From Candidatus Woesebacteria bacterium (GTDB lineage Bacteria > Patescibacteriota > Microgenomatia > UBA8517), in NCBI GenBank assembly GCA_020060565.1, contig JAGVAE010000002.1, positions 179,255 through 243,254 on the forward strand: 64,000 nucleotides of DNA, read 5' to 3'. The notes under the pieces are model-generated. The model had not been told where the DNA came from. It was given only the letters and a program-made list of their open reading frames with translations, and ran no database searches. A program made the position numbers and the translations under genes. Position 1 is the first letter of the stretch; each line of letters opens with the position of its first letter. Below, piece after piece: positions 40,418 to 49,579 of the stretch.

Positions 40418-40975
40418 ATGAATAGACTTAAAGAAAAATACAACAAAGAAATTAAGGAAGTTTTGATTAAAGAATTGGGAGTAAAAAATACAATGTCACT
40501 TCCAAAACTAGTAAAGGTTGTTGTTAATATGGGAATTGGAGAGGCTGCCAAGAGTAAACAAGCAATGGAAGCTTTGCAAAAAGACATGGCGGCGGTTACT
40601 GGACAGTTCCCATCAACAAGAAACGCTAAAGTTTCAATTGCAAGTTTCTCTCTTAGGGCTGGAATGCCAGTTGGCCTTTCCGTTACTTTGAGAGGGGAAA
40701 AGATGTATTCATTCTTGGATAGACTATTCTCAATAGTTTTGCCTCGTTTGAGAGATTTTAGGGGAGTGTCTGATAAATCTTTTGACAAACAAGGAAACTA
40801 TACACTTGGACTAGTGGAGCATACAGTTTTTCCCGAGATTGATTCAACTAAATCAGCTGCCCCTCATGGAATGGAAATTACGATCGTAACAACGGGGGGG
40901 ACCATGTTAAAATCCAAAAAGCTTTTGGAACTACTTGGAATGCCATTCACTAAAGAATTAAAAATTGAAAATTAA
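40418..40975 (+). CDS. rplE: 50S ribosomal protein L5
   Basis: MNRLKEKYNKEIKEVLIKELG…; 185 aa. Confidence 0.95.
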   Translation: MNRLKEKYNKEIKEVLIKELGVKNTMSLPKLVKVVVNMGIGEAAKSKQAMEALQKDMAAVTGQFPSTRNAKVSIASFSLRAGMPVGLSVTLRGEKMYSFLDRLFSIVLPRLRDFRGVSDKSFDKQGNYTLGLVEHTVFPEIDSTKSAAPHGMEITIVTTGGTMLKSKKLLELLGMPFTKELKIEN

Positions 40976-40987
40976 AAATTAAAAATT

Positions 40988-41173
40988 ATGTCAACAACAG
41001 CAAAAGAAGTTAGAGAAACAAAAAAGTTAAAGTACAAAGTTAGATATCATAACCGCTGCAAGATCTGTGGAAGGTCCAGGGGCTATATGAGAAAATTTGG
41101 CCTTTGTAGACTCTGTTTTAGAGAACATGCCCTTAGGGGCGAGATTCCTGGAGTTAGAAAGGCTAGTTGGTAA
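40988..41173 (+). CDS. rpsZ: 30S ribosomal protein S14, zinc-binding type Z
   Basis: 61 aa; [23 protein letters not shown]. Confidence 0.9.
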   Translation: MSTTAKEVRETKKLKYKVRYHNRCKICGRSRGYMRKFGLCRLCFREHALRGEIPGVRKASW

Positions 41174-41193
41174 GCGAAAGCTTGTCTTAGATA
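41172..41193 (+). repeat. Recurrent intergenic hairpin motif, copy 3 (AAGCGAAAGCTTGTCTTAGATA)
   Basis: Overlaps the rpsZ stop codon and precedes the rpsH ATG (41204). Confidence 0.55.
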
Positions 41194-41203
41194 AATAATA
41201 AAT

Positions 41204-41605
41204 ATGTCAAAAACAAGAAAACAATCAGTTAGCAATTATCCAGTGGGAGATTTCTTGATTCAACTTAAGAATGCTTCTAGGGCTGGAAATAAAGTGGTAA
41301 AAGTAATGACAAGTAATAAAATCTTGGCAATTGCCGAGACTCTTAAAAAGCTTGGATTTTTGGATAGTGTTAAAAAAGAAAAAGAAGAAATTGTTGTAGG
41401 ACTTACTTTTAAAAATAAAAAACCGCTATTAATGGATGTTAAGCTGGTAAGTAAGCCTGGTCTTAGGATTTATATGGGAGCTGACGAAATTGCAAAGAAA
41501 AAAGGACCATCAATTTTCTTAGTTACAACTACAAAGGGAGTAATCTCTTCTGTACAAGCAGTAAAAGATAGACAAGGTGGAGAAGTGATAGCCGAAATAT
41601 TGTAA
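41204..41605 (+). CDS. rpsH: 30S ribosomal protein S8
   Basis: 133 aa; …GGEVIAEIL at the C-terminus. Confidence 0.95.
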   Translation: MSKTRKQSVSNYPVGDFLIQLKNASRAGNKVVKVMTSNKILAIAETLKKLGFLDSVKKEKEEIVVGLTFKNKKPLLMDVKLVSKPGLRIYMGADEIAKKKGPSIFLVTTTKGVISSVQAVKDRQGGEVIAEIL

Positions 41606-41606
41606 T

Positions 41607-42158
41607 ATGTCAAAAATTGGAAAATTACCAATATCAATTCCTGCAGGAGCAACAGTGAATGTTGAGGGGCGTCACGTGACCGCGGTCGGACCTAAAGGAA
41701 CTTTGACCCAGAAATTACCCAGAGGTATTGAGGTTGAGGTTAAAGATGGAATAGTTAATGTTACGACCAAAGGAAAAAATAAGACCAATATGAGTAATCA
41801 TGGGACAATTAGGGCTCTTATCAACAACAACATAATTGGAGTTACGACTGGCTGGAGTAAACAATTGGAGTTGGTTGGAACTGGATTTAGAGCAGAGGTT
41901 GTGGGAAGTACGCTAACTTTAACAGTTGGATTTTCCCATACTGTTAAGATTGAAGCACCCGAAGGAATTAGCTTTAAAGTTGAAAAAACATTTGTTACAG
42001 TCGAAGGTGCTAGTCGTGAGGTGGTGGGGCAAATAGCATCTGAAATTCGTGCAGTTAGACCTCCCGAGCCATATAAAGGTAAAGGAATTAAGTATGTTGA
42101 CGAAGTAATTAGAAGGAAAGCTGGTAAAGCAGCTGCAAAAACAACGGGAGCGGCCTAA
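41607..42158 (+). CDS. rplF: 50S ribosomal protein L6
   Basis: [33 protein letters not shown]. Confidence 0.95.
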   Translation: MSKIGKLPISIPAGATVNVEGRHVTAVGPKGTLTQKLPRGIEVEVKDGIVNVTTKGKNKTNMSNHGTIRALINNNIIGVTTGWSKQLELVGTGFRAEVVGSTLTLTVGFSHTVKIEAPEGISFKVEKTFVTVEGASREVVGQIASEIRAVRPPEPYKGKGIKYVDEVIRRKAGKAAAKTTGAA

Positions 42159-42162
42159 TCAT

Positions 42163-42504
42163 ATGGAAATTAAAGCAAAAAGATACAAACAAAGAAAAGC
42201 TAGGGTAAGATCCCGTGTCGAAGGAACGATGGAACGACCTAGATTTACAGTCTATAAATCGAAAATTTATATTTATGGACAGCTTATAGATGACACAAAA
42301 GGCAAAACCCTGGCCTCAGCCAGTGACCTTAAAGTCAAAACTGGAAAAAAGGTTGAAAGAGCAGGGGTAGTGGGGGAAGAGTTGGCTAAAAAAGCTCTAG
42401 CTAAAAAGATTAAAAAAGTAATATTTGACAGAAATGGATACAAATATCATGGAAGAGTTAAGGCTTTGGCCGAAGGAGCAAGAAAAGGGGGATTAGAATT
42501 TTAA
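42163..42504 (+). CDS. rplR: 50S ribosomal protein L18
   Basis: …[20 protein letters not shown]…[26 protein letters not shown]. Confidence 0.9.
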   Translation: MEIKAKRYKQRKARVRSRVEGTMERPRFTVYKSKIYIYGQLIDDTKGKTLASASDLKVKTGKKVERAGVVGEELAKKALAKKIKKVIFDRNGYKYHGRVKALAEGARKGGLEF

Positions 42505-42505
42505 A

Positions 42506-43015
42506 ATGGCAGGTTTTAATAGAAATCAACAAAGCTACGGTGGAGTTCCAAAAGAGTTTGAGGAAACTGTGGTTCAAATAAATAGAATCAGCAAGAAAAC
42601 CAAAGGTGGAAACACCATCAGGTTTTCTGCATTGGTAGTTGTGGGAGACAAAAAGGGAAAAGTGGGAGTTGGAATTGCTAAAGCTCATGACGTTAGAAAT
42701 GCAATCAGAAAATCTATAGAGGCTGCAAAAAGGAAGATGGTTTTGGTTCCCTTAGTAGGTACCACAATCCCCTACTCTGTTAATGAAAAATTCTCAGCAG
42801 CTAAAATACTTCTAAAGCCGGCCCCTCCTGGGTCAGGTATTATTGCAGGGGGACCAATGAGGGTGGTTTTGGAAGCTGCAGGAATACGCGATGCAGTTGG
42901 TAAAATCTTGGGAACAAAGAATAAAATTAGTAATGTTTATGCCACACTTAAAGCATTGGATACAATATCAAACTTGGTATATATGAAGAAGAAAGGAGAT
43001 AGTAAGGGATTATAA
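42506..43015 (+). CDS. rpsE: 30S ribosomal protein S5
   Basis: …VVQINRISKKTKGGNTIRFSALVVVGDKKGKVGVGIAKA…. Confidence 0.95.
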   Translation: MAGFNRNQQSYGGVPKEFEETVVQINRISKKTKGGNTIRFSALVVVGDKKGKVGVGIAKAHDVRNAIRKSIEAAKRKMVLVPLVGTTIPYSVNEKFSAAKILLKPAPPGSGIIAGGPMRVVLEAAGIRDAVGKILGTKNKISNVYATLKALDTISNLVYMKKKGDSKGL

Positions 43016-43034
43016 TCCTGAGCAAAGTCGAAGG

Positions 43035-43448
43035 ATGATCAAATTAAACAAAGTTGTTACTAAGTCAAAGAAAAGAGTAGGACGAGGAATGGGAAGTGGA
43101 AAAGGATCCCATACGGTAGGACGTGGCCAAAAAGGACAAAAATCAAATACTGACATCCACATTCTTTTTGAAGGACTTAAGATGAAGAAATCTTTCCTCA
43201 AAAGGCTTCCCTTAATGAGGGGGAAAGGAAAGTTTCATGGTAAGGGTAAACCAGTAACACTTAATTTGAGTGATTTGGAAAGCTTACCAACAGGATCAGT
43301 TATTACAGTAGAATTATTAGTTAAATCAAAGTTGGTTGATGCCAAGGAGGCAAAAACATTTGGAGTTAAGATTTTGAGTAATGGCAAAACTACTAAAAAA
43401 TTCACCTTCGAAGTCCCTACCTCAAAATCTGTTCAATCTTCAAAATAA
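43035..43448 (+). CDS. rplO: 50S ribosomal protein L15 (no L30 gene precedes it)
   Basis: MIKLNKVVTKSKKRVGRGMGSGKGSHTVGRGQKGQKS. Confidence 0.9.
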   Translation: MIKLNKVVTKSKKRVGRGMGSGKGSHTVGRGQKGQKSNTDIHILFEGLKMKKSFLKRLPLMRGKGKFHGKGKPVTLNLSDLESLPTGSVITVELLVKSKLVDAKEAKTFGVKILSNGKTTKKFTFEVPTSKSVQSSK

Positions 43449-43503
43449 AAACTTGCATCCTACAGTTTAATATTTTTATATTGGTGGTATATTTTCTTAG
43501 TTT

Positions 43504-44169
43504 TTGGATTGTGATACAGTAAAGTATATGGCTTCTTATGAGGGAGTTATTAAGGCTAGGATTGTTGAGGTTAGATTTGCTACAGCAGGAAAGATTGTGA
43601 CAGTTAAAAAAGGGGTTGGAGACAAAGTTGCCAAATGGGAATTAATTGCCTCACTTGATCGAAAAATGCTTCAGACAGAACTTGATAGTCAACTTGCAGA
43701 TTTTGAAAAAGTCAGGGCTGAGTTTGAAATTTTTAATCAAAAAAATCCTGATCCCCAAAGTGCAATTGATAAATATTTAATAACTGAAAAACAAGCGGCT
43801 TTGAATATTTCTGTTAAGGATGTGGAAATTGCAAAAGCCAGACTTGATCAGTGTGATTTATTTTCCCCAGTTACAGGCCTCATTCTTGATGACAGTGGAA
43901 TTGTGGTGGGAATAAATGTGACTCCAGCTGGGTCTGCAATTAAAATAGTGGATACCTCTTCATATTACTTTGAGTTTGAGATTGAACAAAAAGATATTCC
44001 ATTTTTTAGTGAAGTTAAAGAAGGAAAAGTAGAGTTTCCTGGAATTGGGATGGAGACGGTGGGAAAGTCTAGCGGGATTATTGCGAATGGCAAGAACTTT
44101 TATGTCAGGGTTTGTATTCCTGATAATCGTGGGATTCTTCTTGGCTTAAATGGCAAAGCAAACTTCTAA
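43504..44169 (+). CDS. HlyD/membrane-fusion-protein-like fragment (biotin-lipoyl plus beta-barrel; no TM or coiled coil)
   Basis: GVIKARIVEVRFATAGKIVTVKKGVGDKVAKWELIASLD…VKDVEIAKARLDQCDLFSPVTGLI follows the periplasmic-adaptor hairpin-closing motif. An alternative start is the ATG at 43528. Confidence 0.5.
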   Translation: MDCDTVKYMASYEGVIKARIVEVRFATAGKIVTVKKGVGDKVAKWELIASLDRKMLQTELDSQLADFEKVRAEFEIFNQKNPDPQSAIDKYLITEKQAALNISVKDVEIAKARLDQCDLFSPVTGLILDDSGIVVGINVTPAGSAIKIVDTSSYYFEFEIEQKDIPFFSEVKEGKVEFPGIGMETVGKSSGIIANGKNFYVRVCIPDNRGILLGLNGKANF

Positions 44170-44827
44170 AAAATTTAGTTGGAAAAAAGCTGCACTTTCC
44201 CTGGCAGCTGTAGGAATAGTTGCTGGAAGTGCTACCGTTATCAAACGTGAGGTAGATCCTGAAGAGAAAGTTATTGAGGTTATTGATGGGGATACTTTCA
44301 GGATTTCAAATAGACAGACTATTAGGTTCTATTCTGTGGATGCTCCTGAACTAGGGAATTGTTATGGGCAGGAAGCAAAGGAAGCATTAACTAAAAAAAT
44401 TCTAGGGAAAAAGGTAACAATAAAAAGTCCAAGAACGGATTATTACAAAAGGGTGCAAGCTTATGTATATTTGGATGGAGAATTTATATATGAGTATATG
44501 GTTAAAAATGGATTTGCGTCTGAACACGGTGAAGGAACTCCTGAAACAGATATTGTTAGAGTCGCGAATATTTTTGCTAAAGAAAACAAACTTGGTATAT
44601 ATTCTGAAGAATGCTCTCCATCTATTCCTAAAAATAAAGTCTGCAATATTAAGGGAAACGTTACCTATGATGATGGTAAAAAGGAATATACGATTCCTGG
44701 TTGCCGTAATTATCCTCAAACTATCGTTGAGAGATTTAGGGGAGAAGATTGGTTTTGTAGTGAAAGTGAAGCCAAAGCGGCAGGTTTTGTCAAATCCTCA
44801 AACTGCCCAGGGGTTTCTTCTTTCTAA
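44150..44827 (+). CDS. Membrane-anchored thermonuclease (SNase/micrococcal-nuclease homolog) with a Cys-containing C-terminal module
   Basis: An N-terminal signal anchor (AALSLAAVGIVAGSA); VIDGDTFRI…IRFYSVDAPE (the SNase Ca-site/active-site motifs); and a C-terminal CNIKGN…YTIPGCRNY…FCSESEAKAAGF. Confidence 0.75.
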   Translation: MAKQTSKKFSWKKAALSLAAVGIVAGSATVIKREVDPEEKVIEVIDGDTFRISNRQTIRFYSVDAPELGNCYGQEAKEALTKKILGKKVTIKSPRTDYYKRVQAYVYLDGEFIYEYMVKNGFASEHGEGTPETDIVRVANIFAKENKLGIYSEECSPSIPKNKVCNIKGNVTYDDGKKEYTIPGCRNYPQTIVERFRGEDWFCSESEAKAAGFVKSSNCPGVSSF

Positions 44828-45214
44828 ACGTTTTCTTTCTATCACACTTTCAATTACCCCAAGAGCATGGAGGTATGACTTGTCTTCTAATTTTTTTAAT
44901 TCATCTCTAGTACTATTGATTTCACCTGCTTCAATATTTGGTGCCATATCACATAGCCTACAAACCATGGCATCAAAATTATCTTTGATTGCAGCTTGAA
45001 CAATATTTACCCTATCTCGAAGAGGCACTAATTGAAAAGCATGTGTGAGTAGTTTTTCTCTTTTCCCGTCGCCATAAATGACAGAAGTCATGTAATTATT
45101 TATAAACTTCAATGGATTCTCCGTTTCGATCTGTGCTATTTTGACCATAATTGTCTCAAGAATTGGATGATCGGCAAAGTCCTTTTGTGTCAGTTGTCTA
45201 TCTTTCATATTCAA
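44798..45214 (-). CDS. Hypothetical protein (antisense to its neighbours; convergent overlap with the nuclease gene)
   Basis: 138-aa ORF with no recognisable motifs. Confidence 0.4.
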   Translation of the reverse strand: MNMKDRQLTQKDFADHPILETIMVKIAQIETENPLKFINNYMTSVIYGDGKREKLLTHAFQLVPLRDRVNIVQAAIKDNFDAMVCRLCDMAPNIEAGEINSTRDELKKLEDKSYLHALGVIESVIERKRLERRNPWAV

Positions 45215-45262
45215 TTTTGCTGGATTATATCACATAGACCCTCTAATTTTTCTGAATTTTGT

Positions 45263-45727
45263 ATGGTTTTTGATATACTTCTTTTGATGTCAGATGAAAA
45301 ATTTACACTAAGAGCTGCTGTTTATTTAATTTTAATCAAAGATGGTAAAACACTTTTTTCAAGAAGATTTAATACTGGTTGGATGGATGGAAAATACAGT
45401 CTTATAGCTGGACACTTAGATGGAAACGAAAAAGTTTCTGATGCAATGATCCGAGAAGCGATGGAGGAAGCGGGAATTAAAGTTGAAAAAGAAGATTTGA
45501 AACCCGTAAAAGTACTTCACAGGAATTCTAAAGAACGGGAATATATAGATTTCTTTTTTACTACAGAAAAATGGGAAGGGGAACCATTCATTAGAGAGCC
45601 AAATAAATGTGATGACATGAGATGGTTTCCTCTTACCTCTCTCCCTGAAAATACTTTACCGCATGTTAAAAATGTTATTGAGAATTATGATGATGGCGTT
45701 CCATTTATTGAGTCTGGTTGGGAATAG
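45263..45727 (+). CDS. NUDIX hydrolase
   Basis: The Nudix box is GHLDGNEKVSDAMIREAMEEAGI. An alternative start is the ATG at 45287; the track start at 45167 is probably too far upstream. Confidence 0.75.
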   Translation: MVFDILLLMSDEKFTLRAAVYLILIKDGKTLFSRRFNTGWMDGKYSLIAGHLDGNEKVSDAMIREAMEEAGIKVEKEDLKPVKVLHRNSKEREYIDFFFTTEKWEGEPFIREPNKCDDMRWFPLTSLPENTLPHVKNVIENYDDGVPFIESGWE

Positions 45728-45794
45728 TCGAAAGCTGAACTTCATTAACCAACTCTGTCTTTAGGATCAGAATTGGGATATAATTCAAACTTGA

Positions 45795-47078
45795 ATGCTT
45801 AGTAAAATATGGCAGTTTTTAGTTAAATCAGTTAAGACTCCTTCTATCAGGAAGAAGCTTATTATTACTGGGATTATCCTTATTGTTTTTAGACTTGCTG
45901 CTCACATTCCTGCAGCTGGTATTGATAGAACCACTCTAGCTGCTCTTTTTGCAGGAAGTCCACTTCTGTCACTACTTGATGTATTTTCTGGTGGAACTCT
46001 GGCCAACTTTTCCATTCTTGCTTTGGGACTTAACCCTTATATTAATGCCTCTATTGCCTTTCAGCTTTTGGGACATGTAGTGCCAAGTTTGGAAGCTTTG
46101 CAAAAAGAAGGAGAATATGGGCAAGAAAAAATTAACCAATATACACGCCTTTTGACAGTCCCTCTGGCTGCAATGCAGGCTTTTGGTATGTATGCTCTTT
46201 TAAAGGGTCAAAATATTATTTCCAATTTAGGACCAATTGAGCTTCTTTCTCTTGTTATTACCATGACTGCAGGAACTGTATTTGCTGTTTGGTTGGGGGA
46301 ACTAATTAGTGAATACGGATTCAAAAATGGAGTTTCACTACTTATTTTTACTGGAATTGTTGCACGTCTTCCTATTGTTTTTGGACAGTCAGCGACAACA
46401 TTGGGTTCCCAAGATGTTTTGAAAGTGGTAATTTTCCTTGGGGTCGCAATTTTAATTGTAGGAGCAGTTATCTTCATTAGTGAAGCTGCGAGACATATTC
46501 CTATTCATTATGCAAAAAGAAGAACTGAAAGTGGATTGGGGGCAACTTCATATCTTCCCTTGCGCTTAAATCAGGCGGGAGTTATTCCTATTATTTTTGC
46601 AGTTTCCTTGGTTCTTATGCCTTCTCTTTTGGGGCAGTTTTTGGCAAATGTTCCCAATGCTCAAATTGCTGGTTTTGCCAGAGGAATAAGTACTGCGTTT
46701 GATCCTCAGGGCTTGGTATATAACATAGTTTATTTCTTCTTGGTATTTGGTTTTACCTATTTTTATACAGCTGTGGTATTTAATCCCGAAAAAATTGCAG
46801 AGAACCTGCAAAAAGGTGGAGGGTTTGTGCCAGGAATAAGACCTGGAAAAGAAACCGAAAAACACCTTTCCCATGTTCTTTCGCGCTTAACAATGGTTGG
46901 TGGAGTTTTCTTGGGACTCGTTGCTGTTCTTCCCTCGTTTTTTAGTAGTGCTATTGGAGCATCCAACTTAGCAATTGGAGGAACTAGTATTTTGATTGTT
47001 GTTTCAGTTGCTCTTGAGATGATTAGGGAGATGGAGGGGGAACTGGTAATGGGAAGATATGACAGGTTGATTAGATAA
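45795..47078 (+). CDS. secY: Preprotein translocase subunit SecY
   Basis: 427 aa with 10 TM segments; …KKLIITGIILIVFRLAAHIPAAGID…. Confidence 0.95.
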   Translation: MLSKIWQFLVKSVKTPSIRKKLIITGIILIVFRLAAHIPAAGIDRTTLAALFAGSPLLSLLDVFSGGTLANFSILALGLNPYINASIAFQLLGHVVPSLEALQKEGEYGQEKINQYTRLLTVPLAAMQAFGMYALLKGQNIISNLGPIELLSLVITMTAGTVFAVWLGELISEYGFKNGVSLLIFTGIVARLPIVFGQSATTLGSQDVLKVVIFLGVAILIVGAVIFISEAARHIPIHYAKRRTESGLGATSYLPLRLNQAGVIPIIFAVSLVLMPSLLGQFLANVPNAQIAGFARGISTAFDPQGLVYNIVYFFLVFGFTYFYTAVVFNPEKIAENLQKGGGFVPGIRPGKETEKHLSHVLSRLTMVGGVFLGLVAVLPSFFSSAIGASNLAIGGTSILIVVSVALEMIREMEGELVMGRYDRLIR

Positions 47079-47126
47079 CTTCGTAGGGTCGATACTTATT
47101 GACTTTTATTTTCACTACATATAAAG

Positions 47127-47672
47127 TTGGCGCAAATGTCAAAAGATCGGCCACAACCACTTTCAACAGAACAAAGAATTGAGAATGCCAGGTTAGAAGC
47201 ACTTAATTTAACTCTATGTCTTTCCCATATGGTTGGTCAGTATTGTGAAAGATCAAAGGAAAATGGTTGGATACCTCCTAGATCAATTAAGTGGGACGGA
47301 AATTCGAGCTATGGAAAGAAAATGGTTTTTCTTGTAGATGGACAAGAAATACACGGTCATTTTGAGTCCGAGGAGGAATTCGGAAAGATAGTTAAAAATC
47401 ATAAAGAGACCGTTTATAGGCCATATAACCCAAAAGCCGACGCTGATTGGTTTGATTTAATTCCAACAGATTATTCAAGTGTTTGGGTATCAAAGCAATG
47501 TCAACAAATGGATAATGGACGTTTTGCTTTGGCGGGAAGGACTGAAGGGGAAGAATTTGTAGTAGATATATTTCCAGATAAGAAAATGCAAATATCGATT
47601 ATATTACTTGGCTTAAATGAAATACAATCGGATATTGTGGCCTCTATAAAGGCTTCTAATATGATAAGTTGA
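47127..47672 (+). CDS. Hypothetical protein inserted between secY and adk
   Basis: 181 aa with no recognisable family. TTGACT…TATAAA promoter-like elements lie at 47098-47124. Confidence 0.45.
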   Translation: MAQMSKDRPQPLSTEQRIENARLEALNLTLCLSHMVGQYCERSKENGWIPPRSIKWDGNSSYGKKMVFLVDGQEIHGHFESEEEFGKIVKNHKETVYRPYNPKADADWFDLIPTDYSSVWVSKQCQQMDNGRFALAGRTEGEEFVVDIFPDKKMQISIILLGLNEIQSDIVASIKASNMIS

Positions 47673-47787
47673 CTGAAAAATTAAATGAACAAAACAGAAT
47701 TAGTTATGCATTGGTAGGGATAAAATTGCCCGACACCAAATAACACTCTCTATTTTTTAGCTTCGATTTGGAGTAAAATACTCATAC

Positions 47788-48420
47788 ATGAATATATTAT
47801 TATTAGGTCCTCAGGGATCAGGAAAAGGAACACAAGCAAGACTTTTAATTGAAGAGTTTGGTTTTTTTTACTTTGAGTCGGGAGCTTACTTAAGAAAAAT
47901 AGCATCAGAATATCCCGAGATTAAAAAAACGATGGATGAGGGAAAGTTGGTTCCTGATGAGGAATTTACATCTTATCTAACCGCCTTTTTGGATTCAAAA
48001 CACATGTATGATGATGTAATTTTTGACGGATTTCCAAGAACGGTCAATCAATACCGTTTCTTAAAAAACTGGCTTATTCAAAAAAAGGTAAATCTTGATT
48101 TAGCCTTTGTTTTAAATATAAGCGAGGAAGAAACCGTCAGGCGTTTAAGCGCTAGAAGATTGGATCCCAAGTCGGGTAAAATCTATAATTTGGTAACTGA
48201 GGAGATTCCAGATGGAGTTGACAAAACTAAACTTATTCAAAGAGATGACGATAAGCCCGAAGCTATTAAAAAGCGATTAGATATCTATAGAACCCAAACT
48301 ACAGCCTTGATAGATGAACTAAAAAAGGATTCTGAGGTAATAGAAGTTGACGGAAAGCGTCCAGTTAAAGATATCTTCACAGATATAGCTAGAATAATAA
48401 GATCAAAAAATGGGAATTAA
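47788..48420 (+). CDS. adk: Adenylate kinase (short LID, no zinc knuckle)
   Basis: MNILLLGPQGSGKGTQA…. Confidence 0.9.
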   Translation: MNILLLGPQGSGKGTQARLLIEEFGFFYFESGAYLRKIASEYPEIKKTMDEGKLVPDEEFTSYLTAFLDSKHMYDDVIFDGFPRTVNQYRFLKNWLIQKKVNLDLAFVLNISEEETVRRLSARRLDPKSGKIYNLVTEEIPDGVDKTKLIQRDDDKPEAIKKRLDIYRTQTTALIDELKKDSEVIEVDGKRPVKDIFTDIARIIRSKNGN

Positions 48421-49183
48421 GATTAAAACTCCAGAGGAGATTCAAATCATGGTTGAGGGGGGTAAAAAACTTGCTCGAGTAAAAAAAGCCCTCGCTGAAG
48501 CTGTTAGTGTGGGAGTTAGCTCCTTGGACATTGAGAACCTGGCAGTCAAGCTTATTAAAGAAGAAGGAGCCGAAGGCTCTTTTAACAAGGTTCCTGGATA
48601 CTCCTGGGTAACCTGCATTAGTGTTAATGAGGGTTTGGTTCATGGAATTCCTTCCAAAGATGTAGTTTTTAAGGATGGGGACATTGTTAGTATTGACGTT
48701 GGACTTTATTTTGGCGGCTTTCATACAGACACCTCAATTACTGTGGGAATTAACCCCAGTTCTGAGAACAAGAAGTTTTTGAATGTGGGGATAATGGCCC
48801 TTCAGAAGGCTATTTCAAAGGCTATGGTGGGTAATTACGTTTTCGACATCTCTGAGGCCATAGAATCGACTGTAGAGGCTCACGGCTACGCCACAATAAA
48901 AGCCTTAGTAGGGCATGGGGTAGGAAAGGACCTTCATGAAGATCCTCAAATTCCCTGTTTTGTCCCCGCCTTGGCGCGAGGTAGGACAGGCAGGATTACA
49001 GACAGTCCCAAGATTGCAGAAGGTATGGTTCTGGCAATTGAGGTAATGTATGCAGCGGGAAGTGATAAGGTACAGGTTTTGGAAGACGGGTGGACAATAG
49101 CCATGCGAGATGGTAAAATGTCAGGACTTTTTGAAGAGAGTGTTGCGGTTACTAAAGATGGCCCAATAGTCTTGACGCGCTAA
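48410..49183 (+). CDS. map: Methionine aminopeptidase type I
   Basis: The pita-bread fold with metal ligands (D…D…H…E…E) in the expected context; 257 aa. Confidence 0.9.
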   Translation: MGIKIKTPEEIQIMVEGGKKLARVKKALAEAVSVGVSSLDIENLAVKLIKEEGAEGSFNKVPGYSWVTCISVNEGLVHGIPSKDVVFKDGDIVSIDVGLYFGGFHTDTSITVGINPSSENKKFLNVGIMALQKAISKAMVGNYVFDISEAIESTVEAHGYATIKALVGHGVGKDLHEDPQIPCFVPALARGRTGRITDSPKIAEGMVLAIEVMYAAGSDKVQVLEDGWTIAMRDGKMSGLFEESVAVTKDGPIVLTR

Positions 49184-49192
49184 CGCGTCAAT

Positions 49193-49426
49193 TTGTTTCC
49201 AAAAGGATTAATGAAAACAACAGGAACAATCGAGGTTGAAGGGAAAGTATTACAGGCTTTGCCCAATACAATGTTTAGGGTGGAACTAACAGATGGTAGG
49301 CTTATTTTGGCCACACTTAAGGGAAAAATGAGAAGAGCGTATGTTAGAATTTTTCCTGGGGATAGAATAAAAATAGAGATGACACCATATGATGAGAATA
49401 GAGGTAGGATAGTTTTTAAATTCTAA
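49193..49426 (+). CDS. infA: Translation initiation factor IF-1
   Basis: GTIEVEGKVLQALPNTMFRVELTDGRLILATLKGKMRRAYVRIFPGDRIKIEMTPYD. Confidence 0.9.
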   Translation: MFPKGLMKTTGTIEVEGKVLQALPNTMFRVELTDGRLILATLKGKMRRAYVRIFPGDRIKIEMTPYDENRGRIVFKF

Positions 49427-49459
49427 GTACTGTGTACTAAGTACTTAGTACTAAATATC

Positions 49460-49573
49460 ATGAAAGTAATTAGTTCAATTAAACCAAGATGTAAAGATTG
49501 CAAATATGTTAAGCGCCGAGGCGTTTTATATATTATTTGTAAAAATCCCAGGCACAAACAGAGACAGGGGTAA
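49460..49573 (+). CDS. rpmJ: 50S ribosomal protein L36 (not in the ORF track)
   Basis: ATG at 49460. It translates to [37 protein letters not shown] (37 aa, a C-C-C-H zinc ribbon), with a TAA stop at 49571-49573. Confidence 0.85.
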   Translation: MKVISSIKPRCKDCKYVKRRGVLYIICKNPRHKQRQG

Positions 49574-49579
49574 CTAAAT

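Noticed and set aside
44402-44999. Alternative-frame ORFs (44402-44719 minus, 44461-44646 minus, 44463-44999 plus) over the nuclease gene.
   Set aside because: They overlap the SNase-motif-bearing frame and have no motifs.
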